From Candidatus Micrarchaeota archaeon (GTDB lineage: Archaea > Micrarchaeota > Micrarchaeia > Micrarchaeales > Micrarchaeaceae), in NCBI GenBank assembly GCA_021812025.1, contig JAKAPD010000001.1, positions 1 through 28,952 of the forward strand: a stretch of DNA of 28,952 bases, in the 5' to 3' direction. The notes beneath the pieces are model-generated. The model was not told the origin of the DNA, did not search any database, and was given only the letters and a program-made list of their open reading frames with translations. Every line of letters begins with the position of its first letter. Within the stretch, counting starts at the first letter, position 1. The position numbers and the translations under genes are program-made. Positions 17,311-25,772 of the stretch are shown piece after piece.

Positions 17311-19158
17311 TTGCAAAGGATATTCGATTGGATGCTTTCTGCTAAGGCGAGCACTATTTTCCTTGCCATCGTGCTTATCGCCAGTTTTTCTAGCGCCGCG
17401 GTGATCGGCACTTCATCGATACAAGCGCCAGCGGTTCTGTCGCCAGAGAACATAGGTTCGCTCACGCAGATAACCTTAACGGTAACGAACGGCACGGGAG
17501 AGGTGGTCATAAGAGGGCCGGAGATTGTCGGCAATTCCACATCCCAGTCCGCCCTTTCCGCCGCCGTTTACGCATCGCAGTATTTGGGGCTGCAGTTCAA
17601 AAGGTATAATTTCACATACGATATAGCAAATAATCATACCAATGTTTCTGGACCCAGCGCCGGCGCGGCAATGACGATACTTGCGATATCCGCCCTGTCG
17701 CACCAGCCGTTGAAAAAGGGCTTTACAATGACCGGCACAATATCCGGCAATGGGAGCATCGGTCCGATAGGCGGCTTGTTCGACAAGGCTGGCGCTGCAG
17801 CCTCTGGCGGCCTCGGTTTCATACTGGCACCGGCTGTTCCAAGAGCAAGCATAGAAGACGAAATCTACCTAATAGCGCAGGACTTCTACAGCATACCTGT
17901 GGTTCCTGTTGCAAATATAACACAGGCTGTGGGCTTTGCCATGCAGAACAAAAGCATAGCTGGCAACCAGACTGTATTCAATCTATATTCAAAGTACAAC
18001 ATCACCGAACTAAAGCAGGCAAACATAACGTGCAGCAATTCATGTAATTACACGCCGTTCATATCGCTTCTTAATTCCACGTTCAACATCACGAGCGCAC
18101 AGGTAGATTCGATCGCCGGCATTAGCCGCTTCGATGCAGCTCACGGCCAGATGATGTCCGCATTGCAGCAAGCCGTCGGCACAGCTAACAAAGGCTATCT
18201 CTACGCTGCAGCCGACATGGCATTCCTCGATTATGTGAACGCATACGTGTTCGCAAACGTGCAGACAAATCAAACGCAAATGCAGACAATCCTAAACGGC
18301 ACTAACAAGACCTGCTCGGCAGCACCGCCGCAGCTCACTTCTTTCAATTACGAGTACGCAATCAGCGGCGAACTGAGGCAAACATGGGCGAAGACGCTGC
18401 TCAACTCGACAATATCGGAATTCGAATCCGCTGGCAACGAGACGACTACCGATGACATACTCCTTGCAGCGCACGACGCCGCGCAGGCAAATGGATGGTG
18501 TGCCGCCGCAGATTCTCTTTATGCGGCTCAGTATCCGAAAGGCGCGGCCGTATCTGTTGTAGGTATAAAGTCTTCTGCGAGCAGCGCCATACAAAGAGCC
18601 TCGGTATTCGGTTCCAGTCTATATCTTGATTCTGCGATAAGCGCATACGGAAGCCATAACTATGCAGTAGCCCTGATAAGCGCAGACTACCAGAACGCGC
18701 TCGGCAATGCAGACAACGAATTCAACCTGACAACCCAGCAACTTGATAACAGGACAATCAGCATGCTGAGAGAGCCGTTCTTCGGCGCATGGCCTTCGCA
18801 GTTCGCGAACGAAGCGCAATTCTATCTTCAGCAGTCGGACATAGCCGCGAATAACTCCTCTAGGCACGACTACGCATTCCAGGCATATTCGTCCGCGGCG
18901 CTTGCGACAGCGCTCAGCAATGACACCAGATTGATCTACAATAGCTTGTCCAGCACCGGCCCTACGACCACTGTGCCTACTGAAGTGCAGTCCCAGCGGC
19001 AGGCGAATGTCTCCCTTAACAACTTATATATATTTATTGGAGCAATACTAATCGTACTTGTCGCGATACTGCTGATAGTATTCCTTATCGTAGCGGCACT
19101 CCACAAGTCAAGGCAGAGGAAAGCACAGAGAACCAGAGGTATCAGAAGGAAAAGATGA
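17311..19158 (+). CDS. Secreted, membrane-anchored Lon-type (S16) serine protease lacking an AAA+ domain
   Basis: N-terminal hydrophobic signal, GPSAG Ser with Lys 43 residues later (GGLFDK), TGTI..G.IG.IGG, helical middle region, C-terminal TM plus basic tail. The start may be ATG 17332. Confidence 0.85.
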   Translation: MQRIFDWMLSAKASTIFLAIVLIASFSSAAVIGTSSIQAPAVLSPENIGSLTQITLTVTNGTGEVVIRGPEIVGNSTSQSALSAAVYASQYLGLQFKRYNFTYDIANNHTNVSGPSAGAAMTILAISALSHQPLKKGFTMTGTISGNGSIGPIGGLFDKAGAAASGGLGFILAPAVPRASIEDEIYLIAQDFYSIPVVPVANITQAVGFAMQNKSIAGNQTVFNLYSKYNITELKQANITCSNSCNYTPFISLLNSTFNITSAQVDSIAGISRFDAAHGQMMSALQQAVGTANKGYLYAAADMAFLDYVNAYVFANVQTNQTQMQTILNGTNKTCSAAPPQLTSFNYEYAISGELRQTWAKTLLNSTISEFESAGNETTTDDILLAAHDAAQANGWCAAADSLYAAQYPKGAAVSVVGIKSSASSAIQRASVFGSSLYLDSAISAYGSHNYAVALISADYQNALGNADNEFNLTTQQLDNRTISMLREPFFGAWPSQFANEAQFYLQQSDIAANNSSRHDYAFQAYSSAALATALSNDTRLIYNSLSSTGPTTTVPTEVQSQRQANVSLNNLYIFIGAILIVLVAILLIVFLIVAALHKSRQRKAQRTRGIRRKR

Positions 19159-19176
19159 CTTTTTAGTGGTAATAGC

Positions 19177-19347
19177 ATGTCAGAAACACTTCCAGGAAAA
19201 GTTTGCGTATCTTGCGGCAGGCTCAGCCACGAGTACACGGAATTCAAGTGCCCGAAGTGCGGGAACCAGAAGATAATAAGGTGCAAGCACTGCAGGGAGA
19301 TAACCAACGCATACAGATGCACAGAATGCGGTTTCGAAGGTCCATAG
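19177..19347 (+). CDS. HVO_2753-like / DUF1610 double Zn-ribbon protein (56 aa; not in the ORF track)
   Basis: Translated by hand: MSETLPGKVCVSCGRLSHEYTEFKCPKCGNQKIIRCKHCREITNAYRCTECGFEGP, with four CxxC and a terminal GFEGP; abuts EF-1beta as in many archaea. Confidence 0.9.
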   Translation: MSETLPGKVCVSCGRLSHEYTEFKCPKCGNQKIIRCKHCREITNAYRCTECGFEGP

Positions 19348-19593
19348 ATGTCAAAAGTAGCGGTTATTTTCAAGGTTTATCCAAAGGACGGCGAGTTCGA
19401 CAAGGCGATGGAGGGCCTCAAGAAGATGAAGTCCAATGGCATGCAAACCGAAGAAATAGGCTTTGGAATAAAGCTAATCAAGATAATGTTCGTCTATGAG
19501 GACACAGAGACCAGTTCTTCGAAGATAGAGGAAGACGTAAGGAAATGCGATGGCGTAGGCGAAGTAGAAGTGGCGGAAGAGACGCTAGTGTAA
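19348..19593 (+). CDS. ef1b: Translation elongation factor 1-beta
   Basis: KVYP, EEIGFGIKLI and V.EVEV motifs; conserved linkage to the DUF1610 gene. Confidence 0.92.
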   Translation: MSKVAVIFKVYPKDGEFDKAMEGLKKMKSNGMQTEEIGFGIKLIKIMFVYEDTETSSSKIEEDVRKCDGVGEVEVAEETLV

Positions 19594-20637
19594 TGATTTA
19601 AGCAATCTTTTCCGTATCAGCTCCCTATTTCTATCGCACCAAAGCGCGCCTTTTGCCATCTGGACAATATACTCTGTACCATCCTTCACGCCCTGCTTCG
19701 GATAATGCGGCTTTTTTATCAGGCTGAAACTGTAATCAAAGTCCTCTATATAGTTTGCGACGAGCACATCGGGAATCTCTGCAATCTCGCCTCTGCCAAG
19801 CTTTCTGAATTTAGAATACTCTTTCAAGAAGATAACAGTCTTGTTTAGGTCCAATGCCCATGGCATATTGCCATTTTTGCAGTATCTGAAAATCGGCACA
19901 ATGAGGTCCCTGATAAATGGTTTCTCGTAATAAACGTGCTCGAAATCCAGAATAGCGGAAATCTTGTCTTCTTTCCACAGGACGTTATCGGAATCGATAT
20001 CACCATGTATAGGATAGAAATCGAGCGAAAGGTACCGCTCTTTGTCTAGTCTTTTATAGAGCGGAAGCAGCCGCGCCGCCCATTTCAAATAAATAACTTC
20101 AAACGGCCTTTTTCCCTTTCTTTTACTCCTTCGCCGTACGTCTGCTTTTATGCTGTTTCCCACTGCTTTTATCCTGAAGGGGTCGCTGTCATCGCGTTTT
20201 CCATGCAGTTTAAGTCTGAGGAGGAGCTTGTGATATGTGCCGAGCACGCGTGCATATTCCAAAACCTCCTTTATAGAATGGTTTGTCTTCTTTTCACCCT
20301 CTACATATCGATAAATCCAGAAGATTTTGTTTCCGTGCCTTTCAAAATATCTGTTTCTTTTATTCCTTATCGGAACCGGCATTTCATAAGGCAGGTATTT
20401 TCTGAGCGCGAGCATGTATTCCATATCAAAAGAGAGCTCTTCCGCATCGAAGAACGTTACTTTCCTGAGGACATAGTTCTCATCTTTACATCGGAACAGC
20501 CAGTTCTCATTAACGTAGCCGCCCTCGTTCTCGAATTTCCTGAGCTTATCTGCTTTCAAACCCCATTTTGAAAGTATCCTATCAGCTCCAGGCTTTGTCA
20601 ATCGCAATTTTCCACCGGTTTTAGAAGGTATCTTCAC
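19585..20637 (-). CDS. Aminoglycoside-phosphotransferase / homoserine kinase type II-like kinase
   Basis: GYVNENW, YVLRK, IHGDIDSDNVLW (Brenner motif) and ILDFE. The start could be a downstream TTG such as 20607. Confidence 0.8.
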   Translation of the reverse strand: MKIPSKTGGKLRLTKPGADRILSKWGLKADKLRKFENEGGYVNENWLFRCKDENYVLRKVTFFDAEELSFDMEYMLALRKYLPYEMPVPIRNKRNRYFERHGNKIFWIYRYVEGEKKTNHSIKEVLEYARVLGTYHKLLLRLKLHGKRDDSDPFRIKAVGNSIKADVRRRSKRKGKRPFEVIYLKWAARLLPLYKRLDKERYLSLDFYPIHGDIDSDNVLWKEDKISAILDFEHVYYEKPFIRDLIVPIFRYCKNGNMPWALDLNKTVIFLKEYSKFRKLGRGEIAEIPDVLVANYIEDFDYSFSLIKKPHYPKQGVKDGTEYIVQMAKGALWCDRNRELIRKRLLKSLH

Positions 20638-20683
20638 GCTAAGTTATAAATATTTGAATAAGTTGAGAGTATCCTGTGATTTT

Positions 20684-21466
20684 ATGGGAAATGCGGATTT
20701 CCCTCCATTACAGCCTATGTCAAAAGAGGAGGCCGAGGCGTTACATAGAATGTTTGGGGACGGTGGGTTCTATACTGGCTTCAAGGCAGAAGACGATTTG
20801 CCGATAAGGAGAATACTGGTCAGCGTGGCCGAAAAAGAGGGAGTCGTCGAATTTATTAACACTTTCAAACCATTCATTCCAGAAGTAATCTCGACAGGGG
20901 GGACATTCGATAGATTGACTGCTGGCGGAATAGACGCATGGCCATTGGAGAGAGTCGCAAGGACGGGGCAGATGCTTGGCGACAGGGTCAAGACATTACA
21001 AGTTGATATTGCAGCCCCGGTGTTGGCTGACAAAACAGACAAAGAGCACATGAAAGATCTTTACAGATTAAGGCTAGAAAGCAAAAGGGACATACGGCCG
21101 ATAGATCTTATCGTAGTAAACCTATACAAATTCGAGGAGTTTCTAGCGGGACTGCAGGCAAAAATGGAAAAAGAGGGCCGTGCCGAACTTACGGAAGAGG
21201 AGCGGAAGAAATTAACATCTCTTATCGATATAGGCGGTCCCACGCTCCTAAGAGGCGGAGCAAAGAACTTCCATTCTGTAGCAGTAGTCTCCTCACCAAG
21301 GCAATATCAAAAAGTAGCCGCAGAAGCAAAACAGCTCGAAGGAAAACTATCAGTAAAATTGAGAGAGGAGCTTTCCCTTGAAGCTTTTGAAAGGACGGCG
21401 CAGTATGATACGGCAATAGCTGCAGCGAAGAAGGCATTCAAGGGGCAGCTTAGCCGCAGCTTCTAA
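20684..21466 (+). CDS. purH: Stand-alone IMP cyclohydrolase (PurH N-terminal, MGS-like) domain
   Basis: LVSVAEK, STGGT, RVKTL, NLY.F, IDIGGPTLLR..AKN and TAQYD.AI; ends before any AICAR transformylase domain. ATG 20684 is preferred given the TATA-like TTATAAATA at about 20644. Confidence 0.85.
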   Translation: MGNADFPPLQPMSKEEAEALHRMFGDGGFYTGFKAEDDLPIRRILVSVAEKEGVVEFINTFKPFIPEVISTGGTFDRLTAGGIDAWPLERVARTGQMLGDRVKTLQVDIAAPVLADKTDKEHMKDLYRLRLESKRDIRPIDLIVVNLYKFEEFLAGLQAKMEKEGRAELTEEERKKLTSLIDIGGPTLLRGGAKNFHSVAVVSSPRQYQKVAAEAKQLEGKLSVKLREELSLEAFERTAQYDTAIAAAKKAFKGQLSRSF

Positions 21467-21485
21467 CCCACATAAATCTTTTTAT

Positions 21486-21515
21486 AATTAGACAGAGATA
21501 ATACTCTGTCTGATT
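21486..21515. promoter_or_regulatory. Inverted repeat between a TATA-like box and the rad50 start
   Basis: AATT-AGACAGAG-ATAATA-CTCTGTCT-GATT: a perfect 8-bp core (21490-21497 / 21504-21511) directly after TTTTTATAA (21479-21487). Confidence 0.5.
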
Positions 21516-21517
21516 TT

Positions 21518-23815
21518 ATGATTAGCTCCATAGAGATAACCAACTGGAAGACCCACAAGAGCACGAAGCTCAACTTCCAGAAAGGGGTTAATGTCCTAAT
21601 AGGCATAATGGGAGCTGGAAAGAGCTCCGTCATGGATGCGATATCTTTTGGCTTGTTTGGCACGTTTCCTGCGCTTTTGCAAAGGAGGGTGACTCTTGAA
21701 GACCTGATATCCAATCTTGCGGAATCAAAGGAAGCAGAAGTAAGGCTCAATTTCACCGCAAACGATGATTCTTATTCTGTTATCAGGAAAATAAGCCCGA
21801 ACGGAAACTCTGCAAAGCTGGAGAAAAACGGCCAGTACCTTCAAACTCAGGCTGCTCGTGTAAATGAAGAAGTTGAAAACCTTCTGAAAATAGACTACGA
21901 TACGTTCTCGCGTGCCATATACGCGGAGCAGAACCAGCTCGACTACTTCCTAGAGCTCACAAAGGGCGACAGGAAGAAGCAAATAGACCGGATGCTGGGC
22001 CTGGACAACTTCGCAATAGCGGAAGAGAATGCAACGACGCTGATAAACACCATAAAGTCAACGATAAAGGCAGAAGAAGAGATTCTCGCAAGAATCGATG
22101 TCAAGGAGTTGAAAGAGCAGATGAAAAGGACTGAAGATGAAATGGCAGCCCATCAAAAAGAGACGGAAGAGCTGGAAAAGATGGTAAAAGAGCAAAGGCA
22201 GAGCCTCGATCTCACGAAGAAAAAACTTGACGAGCAGAAGGCACTCTTCCAGAAAAAGAAATCGATAAATGATGAGACACTCAGGATTAACAGCAGGATC
22301 AACACACTCGATGAAGAGATCGAGAAGATAAAAGCGCTGAACATAAACGAAGAAAGGCTCAAGAAGGACACAGAAGAAAAAACAGCCAGGGGCGCGCTGC
22401 TTTCAGGAGAGCTTTCCGAGTTGAAGAAAAGCGAGAGGGAAACAGTAAGGAAACTGTCAGAAGCTGAGAGCGAAGCTAAAAATGCCGAGAAAAAGATCGC
22501 AGAACGCGACAGGATAAGAGAACAGAACAAGGGAAAGACTGAGGAGGCCCTCTCGAATAATCTGGATGAAGCGGAGAAAGGCATCGCGAAGATGCTTGAG
22601 GACATTTCCTCTTTCAAGAGCAGGAAGTCGGAGACCGAGGAATGGATGAAAGAGCTCAGCAAGCACCTCAGCGTCTGCCCGGTGTGCGAGAGGGAGCTTG
22701 GAGAAGAGCTGAGGCAGAAGCTCGTAAGCAAAAAGAAATCGACACTTTCAGATCTAGACTCACAGATCAAGGACATAAGCGCGAAAATCGAGGAGAAAAA
22801 GAAAGTGCATAAGGAGCTATCAGAAGAGCTCAACAGTTTCAAGATGGCAAAGCAGAAGCTCGCAGAATACTCCGATATCGAGATGGATCTCGATTCATCC
22901 AGAAAAGAGCGGGAAAGGCGCAAGAAAGAGCTGGAAGATATTGCTGCAAAACTCGATAGAACGACCAAAGAGCACGAGTCAATTTCAAAGGAGCTGCAGA
23001 AGCTCAACGCGGATTCCGAAACTATCAAGAGAAAAAATGCCTATGCCGGTGAAATAAGCAAAAGCATGGCAATCCTAAAGGCCAAAAAGGAAGAAGCGAG
23101 TAGTATATTTGTAGATGAGAAGGAAATAGACGTGCTTCAGGATTCGCTCACAAAACAGAGCGCCCGGCTCAGCGATATGGAATCTAAAATCGAGGGCAAC
23201 AGGAAGTATATCAAGAACCTGCAAGACCAGATAGAAGAAAAAGGCAAGCAGGTCAGGAACTTTAGCGATATGGAGAAAAAGATCGAGAAGCGCAGGAGCC
23301 AGCTAAGCAACCTAAATAAGTTCAAAGCAGCGTTGATAGACACTGAAGCGTTGCTCAGGAACCAGCTTGTTTCGTCCATCAACAGCCTCATGCAGGCCCT
23401 GTGGCGAGAACTTTATCCTTATGGCGATTACATGGGCATAAGGCTCAATGCCAAGAAAGACGATTATTCTCTGGAAGTAAATACCAGCATAGGCGGAGAG
23501 TCAGAATGGCTAGAAGTCGATGGCATAGCGAGCGGCGGGGAGCGCAGCATATCGTGCCTCACGATGAGGATAGCGCTCGCCATGGTCATAGTGCCGAACC
23601 TAAAGTGGCTGATTCTCGATGAACCAACGCACAACATAGACTCCAACGGGATAGCGAAGCTTATAGAAGTTCTAACTGGCACACTGCCCAAAGTTGTAGA
23701 GCAGATATTCATCATAACGCACGACGAGGAGCTAAAGCAGGTGGGCTCTGCGAAGATTTACCAATTGGAAAGGGACAAAGCGGCAAACGGCCATACTACC
23801 ATAGCAGAAACATAA
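21518..23815 (+). CDS. rad50: Rad50 SMC-family ATPase
   Basis: Walker A GIMGAGKSS, Q-loop, long coiled coil, central CPVC Zn hook, SGGE signature, ILDEPT Walker B/D-loop and IITHD. Confidence 0.95.
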   Translation: MISSIEITNWKTHKSTKLNFQKGVNVLIGIMGAGKSSVMDAISFGLFGTFPALLQRRVTLEDLISNLAESKEAEVRLNFTANDDSYSVIRKISPNGNSAKLEKNGQYLQTQAARVNEEVENLLKIDYDTFSRAIYAEQNQLDYFLELTKGDRKKQIDRMLGLDNFAIAEENATTLINTIKSTIKAEEEILARIDVKELKEQMKRTEDEMAAHQKETEELEKMVKEQRQSLDLTKKKLDEQKALFQKKKSINDETLRINSRINTLDEEIEKIKALNINEERLKKDTEEKTARGALLSGELSELKKSERETVRKLSEAESEAKNAEKKIAERDRIREQNKGKTEEALSNNLDEAEKGIAKMLEDISSFKSRKSETEEWMKELSKHLSVCPVCERELGEELRQKLVSKKKSTLSDLDSQIKDISAKIEEKKKVHKELSEELNSFKMAKQKLAEYSDIEMDLDSSRKERERRKKELEDIAAKLDRTTKEHESISKELQKLNADSETIKRKNAYAGEISKSMAILKAKKEEASSIFVDEKEIDVLQDSLTKQSARLSDMESKIEGNRKYIKNLQDQIEEKGKQVRNFSDMEKKIEKRRSQLSNLNKFKAALIDTEALLRNQLVSSINSLMQALWRELYPYGDYMGIRLNAKKDDYSLEVNTSIGGESEWLEVDGIASGGERSISCLTMRIALAMVIVPNLKWLILDEPTHNIDSNGIAKLIEVLTGTLPKVVEQIFIITHDEELKQVGSAKIYQLERDKAANGHTTIAET

Positions 23816-23841
23816 CCAAAAAAGCCAACTGCAACGTTTTG

Positions 23842-23916
23842 CGTTTTCTGGTGAATATTGGCCAAGGACGCGGGGCTTTCAACTCTAAAACTCGGGTTCA
23901 AATCCCGAGAGAATCA
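23842..23916 (+). pseudogene. Degenerate tRNA-Glu(TTC)-like element (pseudo-tRNA)
   Basis: Intact T-arm TCGGG-TTCAAAT-CCCGA, anticodon loop CT-TTC-AA and D-loop GGCCAA-GGAC at tRNA spacing. The anticodon stem CGGGG/CTCTA and acceptor stem CGTTTTC/GAGAATC are degraded. Confidence 0.55.
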
Positions 23917-24948
23917 GATGGCTCCTAGTCCGAAGTCAAGGCCCTTGCCTTCCTCATCTCTTCCAAATATCGACGCGCTGTGTATTCCCGTGAAGATCGC
24001 TATTACTGACACTCTTCCGTTGTAAGCGGGATCTATCCTTGCGCCCCATATCACGTTCGCTTCTGGAGCGGTTATATCAGTTATCCTGCTGCCTATCTCG
24101 TTTGCATCCCCCAGAGACATGTCTTCTCCGCCGGTTATATGCAGCATTACAGATTTCGCCCCCTCATAATCGACGTCGAGCAGCTTGTTCCTGAACGTGT
24201 CTTCTACTACCTCATTTACCTTGTTGGCTCCTTTTCCCTCGCCTATGCTTATGAATGCGAGGCCCCCTGTGCTCATTATGGATCTTATGTCCGAGAAGTC
24301 CACATTTATCAGGCTAGGTGTGTTTATAGATTCTGTGATCCCGCGCACAGCCCTCGAAGCGACCTCGTCCGCTACCTTGAAAGCCTGCTCTATCGCAAGG
24401 TTCGGATAGAGCTGCACGAGCCTCTGGTTGTCTATAACTATGAGCGTATCGACGTTTTTCCTGAGCTCCTCGAGCCCCTTTCGCGCCACCTGGATCCTTA
24501 CCCTTTCTAAGGCAAAAGGCACCGTGACTATGCCTATCACTATGGCGCCGTTCGCCTTCGCTATCTCTGCAACTACTGGCGCAGATCCTGTTCCTGTACC
24601 TCCACCCATTCCTGCTGTAACGAAAACGAGATTGTAATCCCTGAGCGAGTCCTCTATTTCCGTCCTAGAATATTGCGCAGCCTTCGCACCTATCTCCGGA
24701 AAACCTCCTGCGCCGAGGCCTCTTGTCAGCGCCCCTCCCAGAAGTATCCTTTTTATCGTGGAATCCATGCTGTTCAGGTGCTTCGCATCCGTGTTCATGG
24801 CGATAAGCGTGGCTCCCTTTATACCCATCCTAGACAGCCTCTGCACCGTGTTGCTCCCTCCGCCGCCACAGCCGCATACGGCTATCTTTGTCCTGAAGAG
24901 GTCGCTCTCGTTAGGGGAACTATTAAGCGCGCTCTCTATGAGATCCAT
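23914..24948 (-). CDS. ftsZ: Cell division protein FtsZ
   Basis: GCGGGGSN, NTDAKHL, GLGAGG.PE.G, GMGGGTGTG, PF..E and INVDFSD; start taken as ATG 24948. Confidence 0.96.
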   Translation of the reverse strand: MDLIESALNSSPNESDLFRTKIAVCGCGGGGSNTVQRLSRMGIKGATLIAMNTDAKHLNSMDSTIKRILLGGALTRGLGAGGFPEIGAKAAQYSRTEIEDSLRDYNLVFVTAGMGGGTGTGSAPVVAEIAKANGAIVIGIVTVPFALERVRIQVARKGLEELRKNVDTLIVIDNQRLVQLYPNLAIEQAFKVADEVASRAVRGITESINTPSLINVDFSDIRSIMSTGGLAFISIGEGKGANKVNEVVEDTFRNKLLDVDYEGAKSVMLHITGGEDMSLGDANEIGSRITDITAPEANVIWGARIDPAYNGRVSVIAIFTGIHSASIFGRDEEGKGLDFGLGAI

Positions 24949-25011
24949 TATGTCAACCCGATAAGCAATATCTGGCAAGATATAAAAGATTATACTGCGC
25001 CTATAACGGCT

Positions 25012-25689
25012 ATGGCAGCCATGCGGAAGCGAGAGGCCTTCATAAGGGAGGGAGACGGCCTGATTGTGTTCGGCGCAGGATTGATAGTAAGTTTGCTGGC
25101 CGTACTGTTCTATCCGCTCGCCTATCTGGGATTATTCCTTGATATTGTAGGAATCATATTGATATTGGCAACGTGGAACAGGATAGAGCACAAGGAAAGG
25201 CAATACATCGTGTACGCCATAGTGCTCTATATACTGACAGTTGTAGTGGTGCTGGCGATAATATTCTCGCTGCTATTCGGCAGCTTCATAACTGCGATAA
25301 ACCAGCAGCGCGCGAATATGACTTCCCCGGCAAGCAATTCAATAATAATAACAAACGCCACGAACCAATTGATAAAGCAGGTCATTCCTATATCTGCCTG
25401 GGCGAAAATACCAACAGCCATAGCGTTGATGCTGTTCCCGCTGGGTTTCGCGGTCAAAAGAGAGCGCTATCTCCTTTATGCTTCTGCGGCAATCGATATT
25501 GTGCTGGGCATAGCGTTGTATGCCGTAATAGCCTTCGGTTACATGCAGGCTCCTACCCTATCATATGAGCCCGGGCTCGCGCCAATGCTTAACTACTCAT
25601 CCGGTTTGCTGGTCTTTTCGCTGGGAACCGTGCTTTTCGGACTTGCCTATATATGGATAGGCAGCAGGCTGAGGAACAGAAAGAAGTGA
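25012..25689 (+). CDS. Hypothetical polytopic membrane protein
   Basis: About 6 hydrophobic helices with a polar NMT/NAT sequon loop. The start is ATG 25012 or 25021 after a TATA-like box; the 24673 extension overlaps ftsZ. Confidence 0.7.
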   Translation: MAAMRKREAFIREGDGLIVFGAGLIVSLLAVLFYPLAYLGLFLDIVGIILILATWNRIEHKERQYIVYAIVLYILTVVVVLAIIFSLLFGSFITAINQQRANMTSPASNSIIITNATNQLIKQVIPISAWAKIPTAIALMLFPLGFAVKRERYLLYASAAIDIVLGIALYAVIAFGYMQAPTLSYEPGLAPMLNYSSGLLVFSLGTVLFGLAYIWIGSRLRNRKK

Positions 25690-25772
25690 CGACAGGCATC
25701 TTTTTATATATATTGATGCTAAATAAAGAGTACGGCTTATTCTTTACAAAGTTAAGCTAGAAGTGCATAGCA

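Noticed and set aside
22153-23028. 291-aa Ser/Phe/Leu-rich antisense ORF
   Set aside because: The mirror of the Glu/Lys-rich Rad50 coiled coil (GAA/AAG codons read as TTC/CTT), a common artefact.
24673-25011. Long N-terminal extension of the membrane protein ORF
   Set aside because: Antisense to the ftsZ coding region; a TATA-like box and ATG lie at about 24980-25012.
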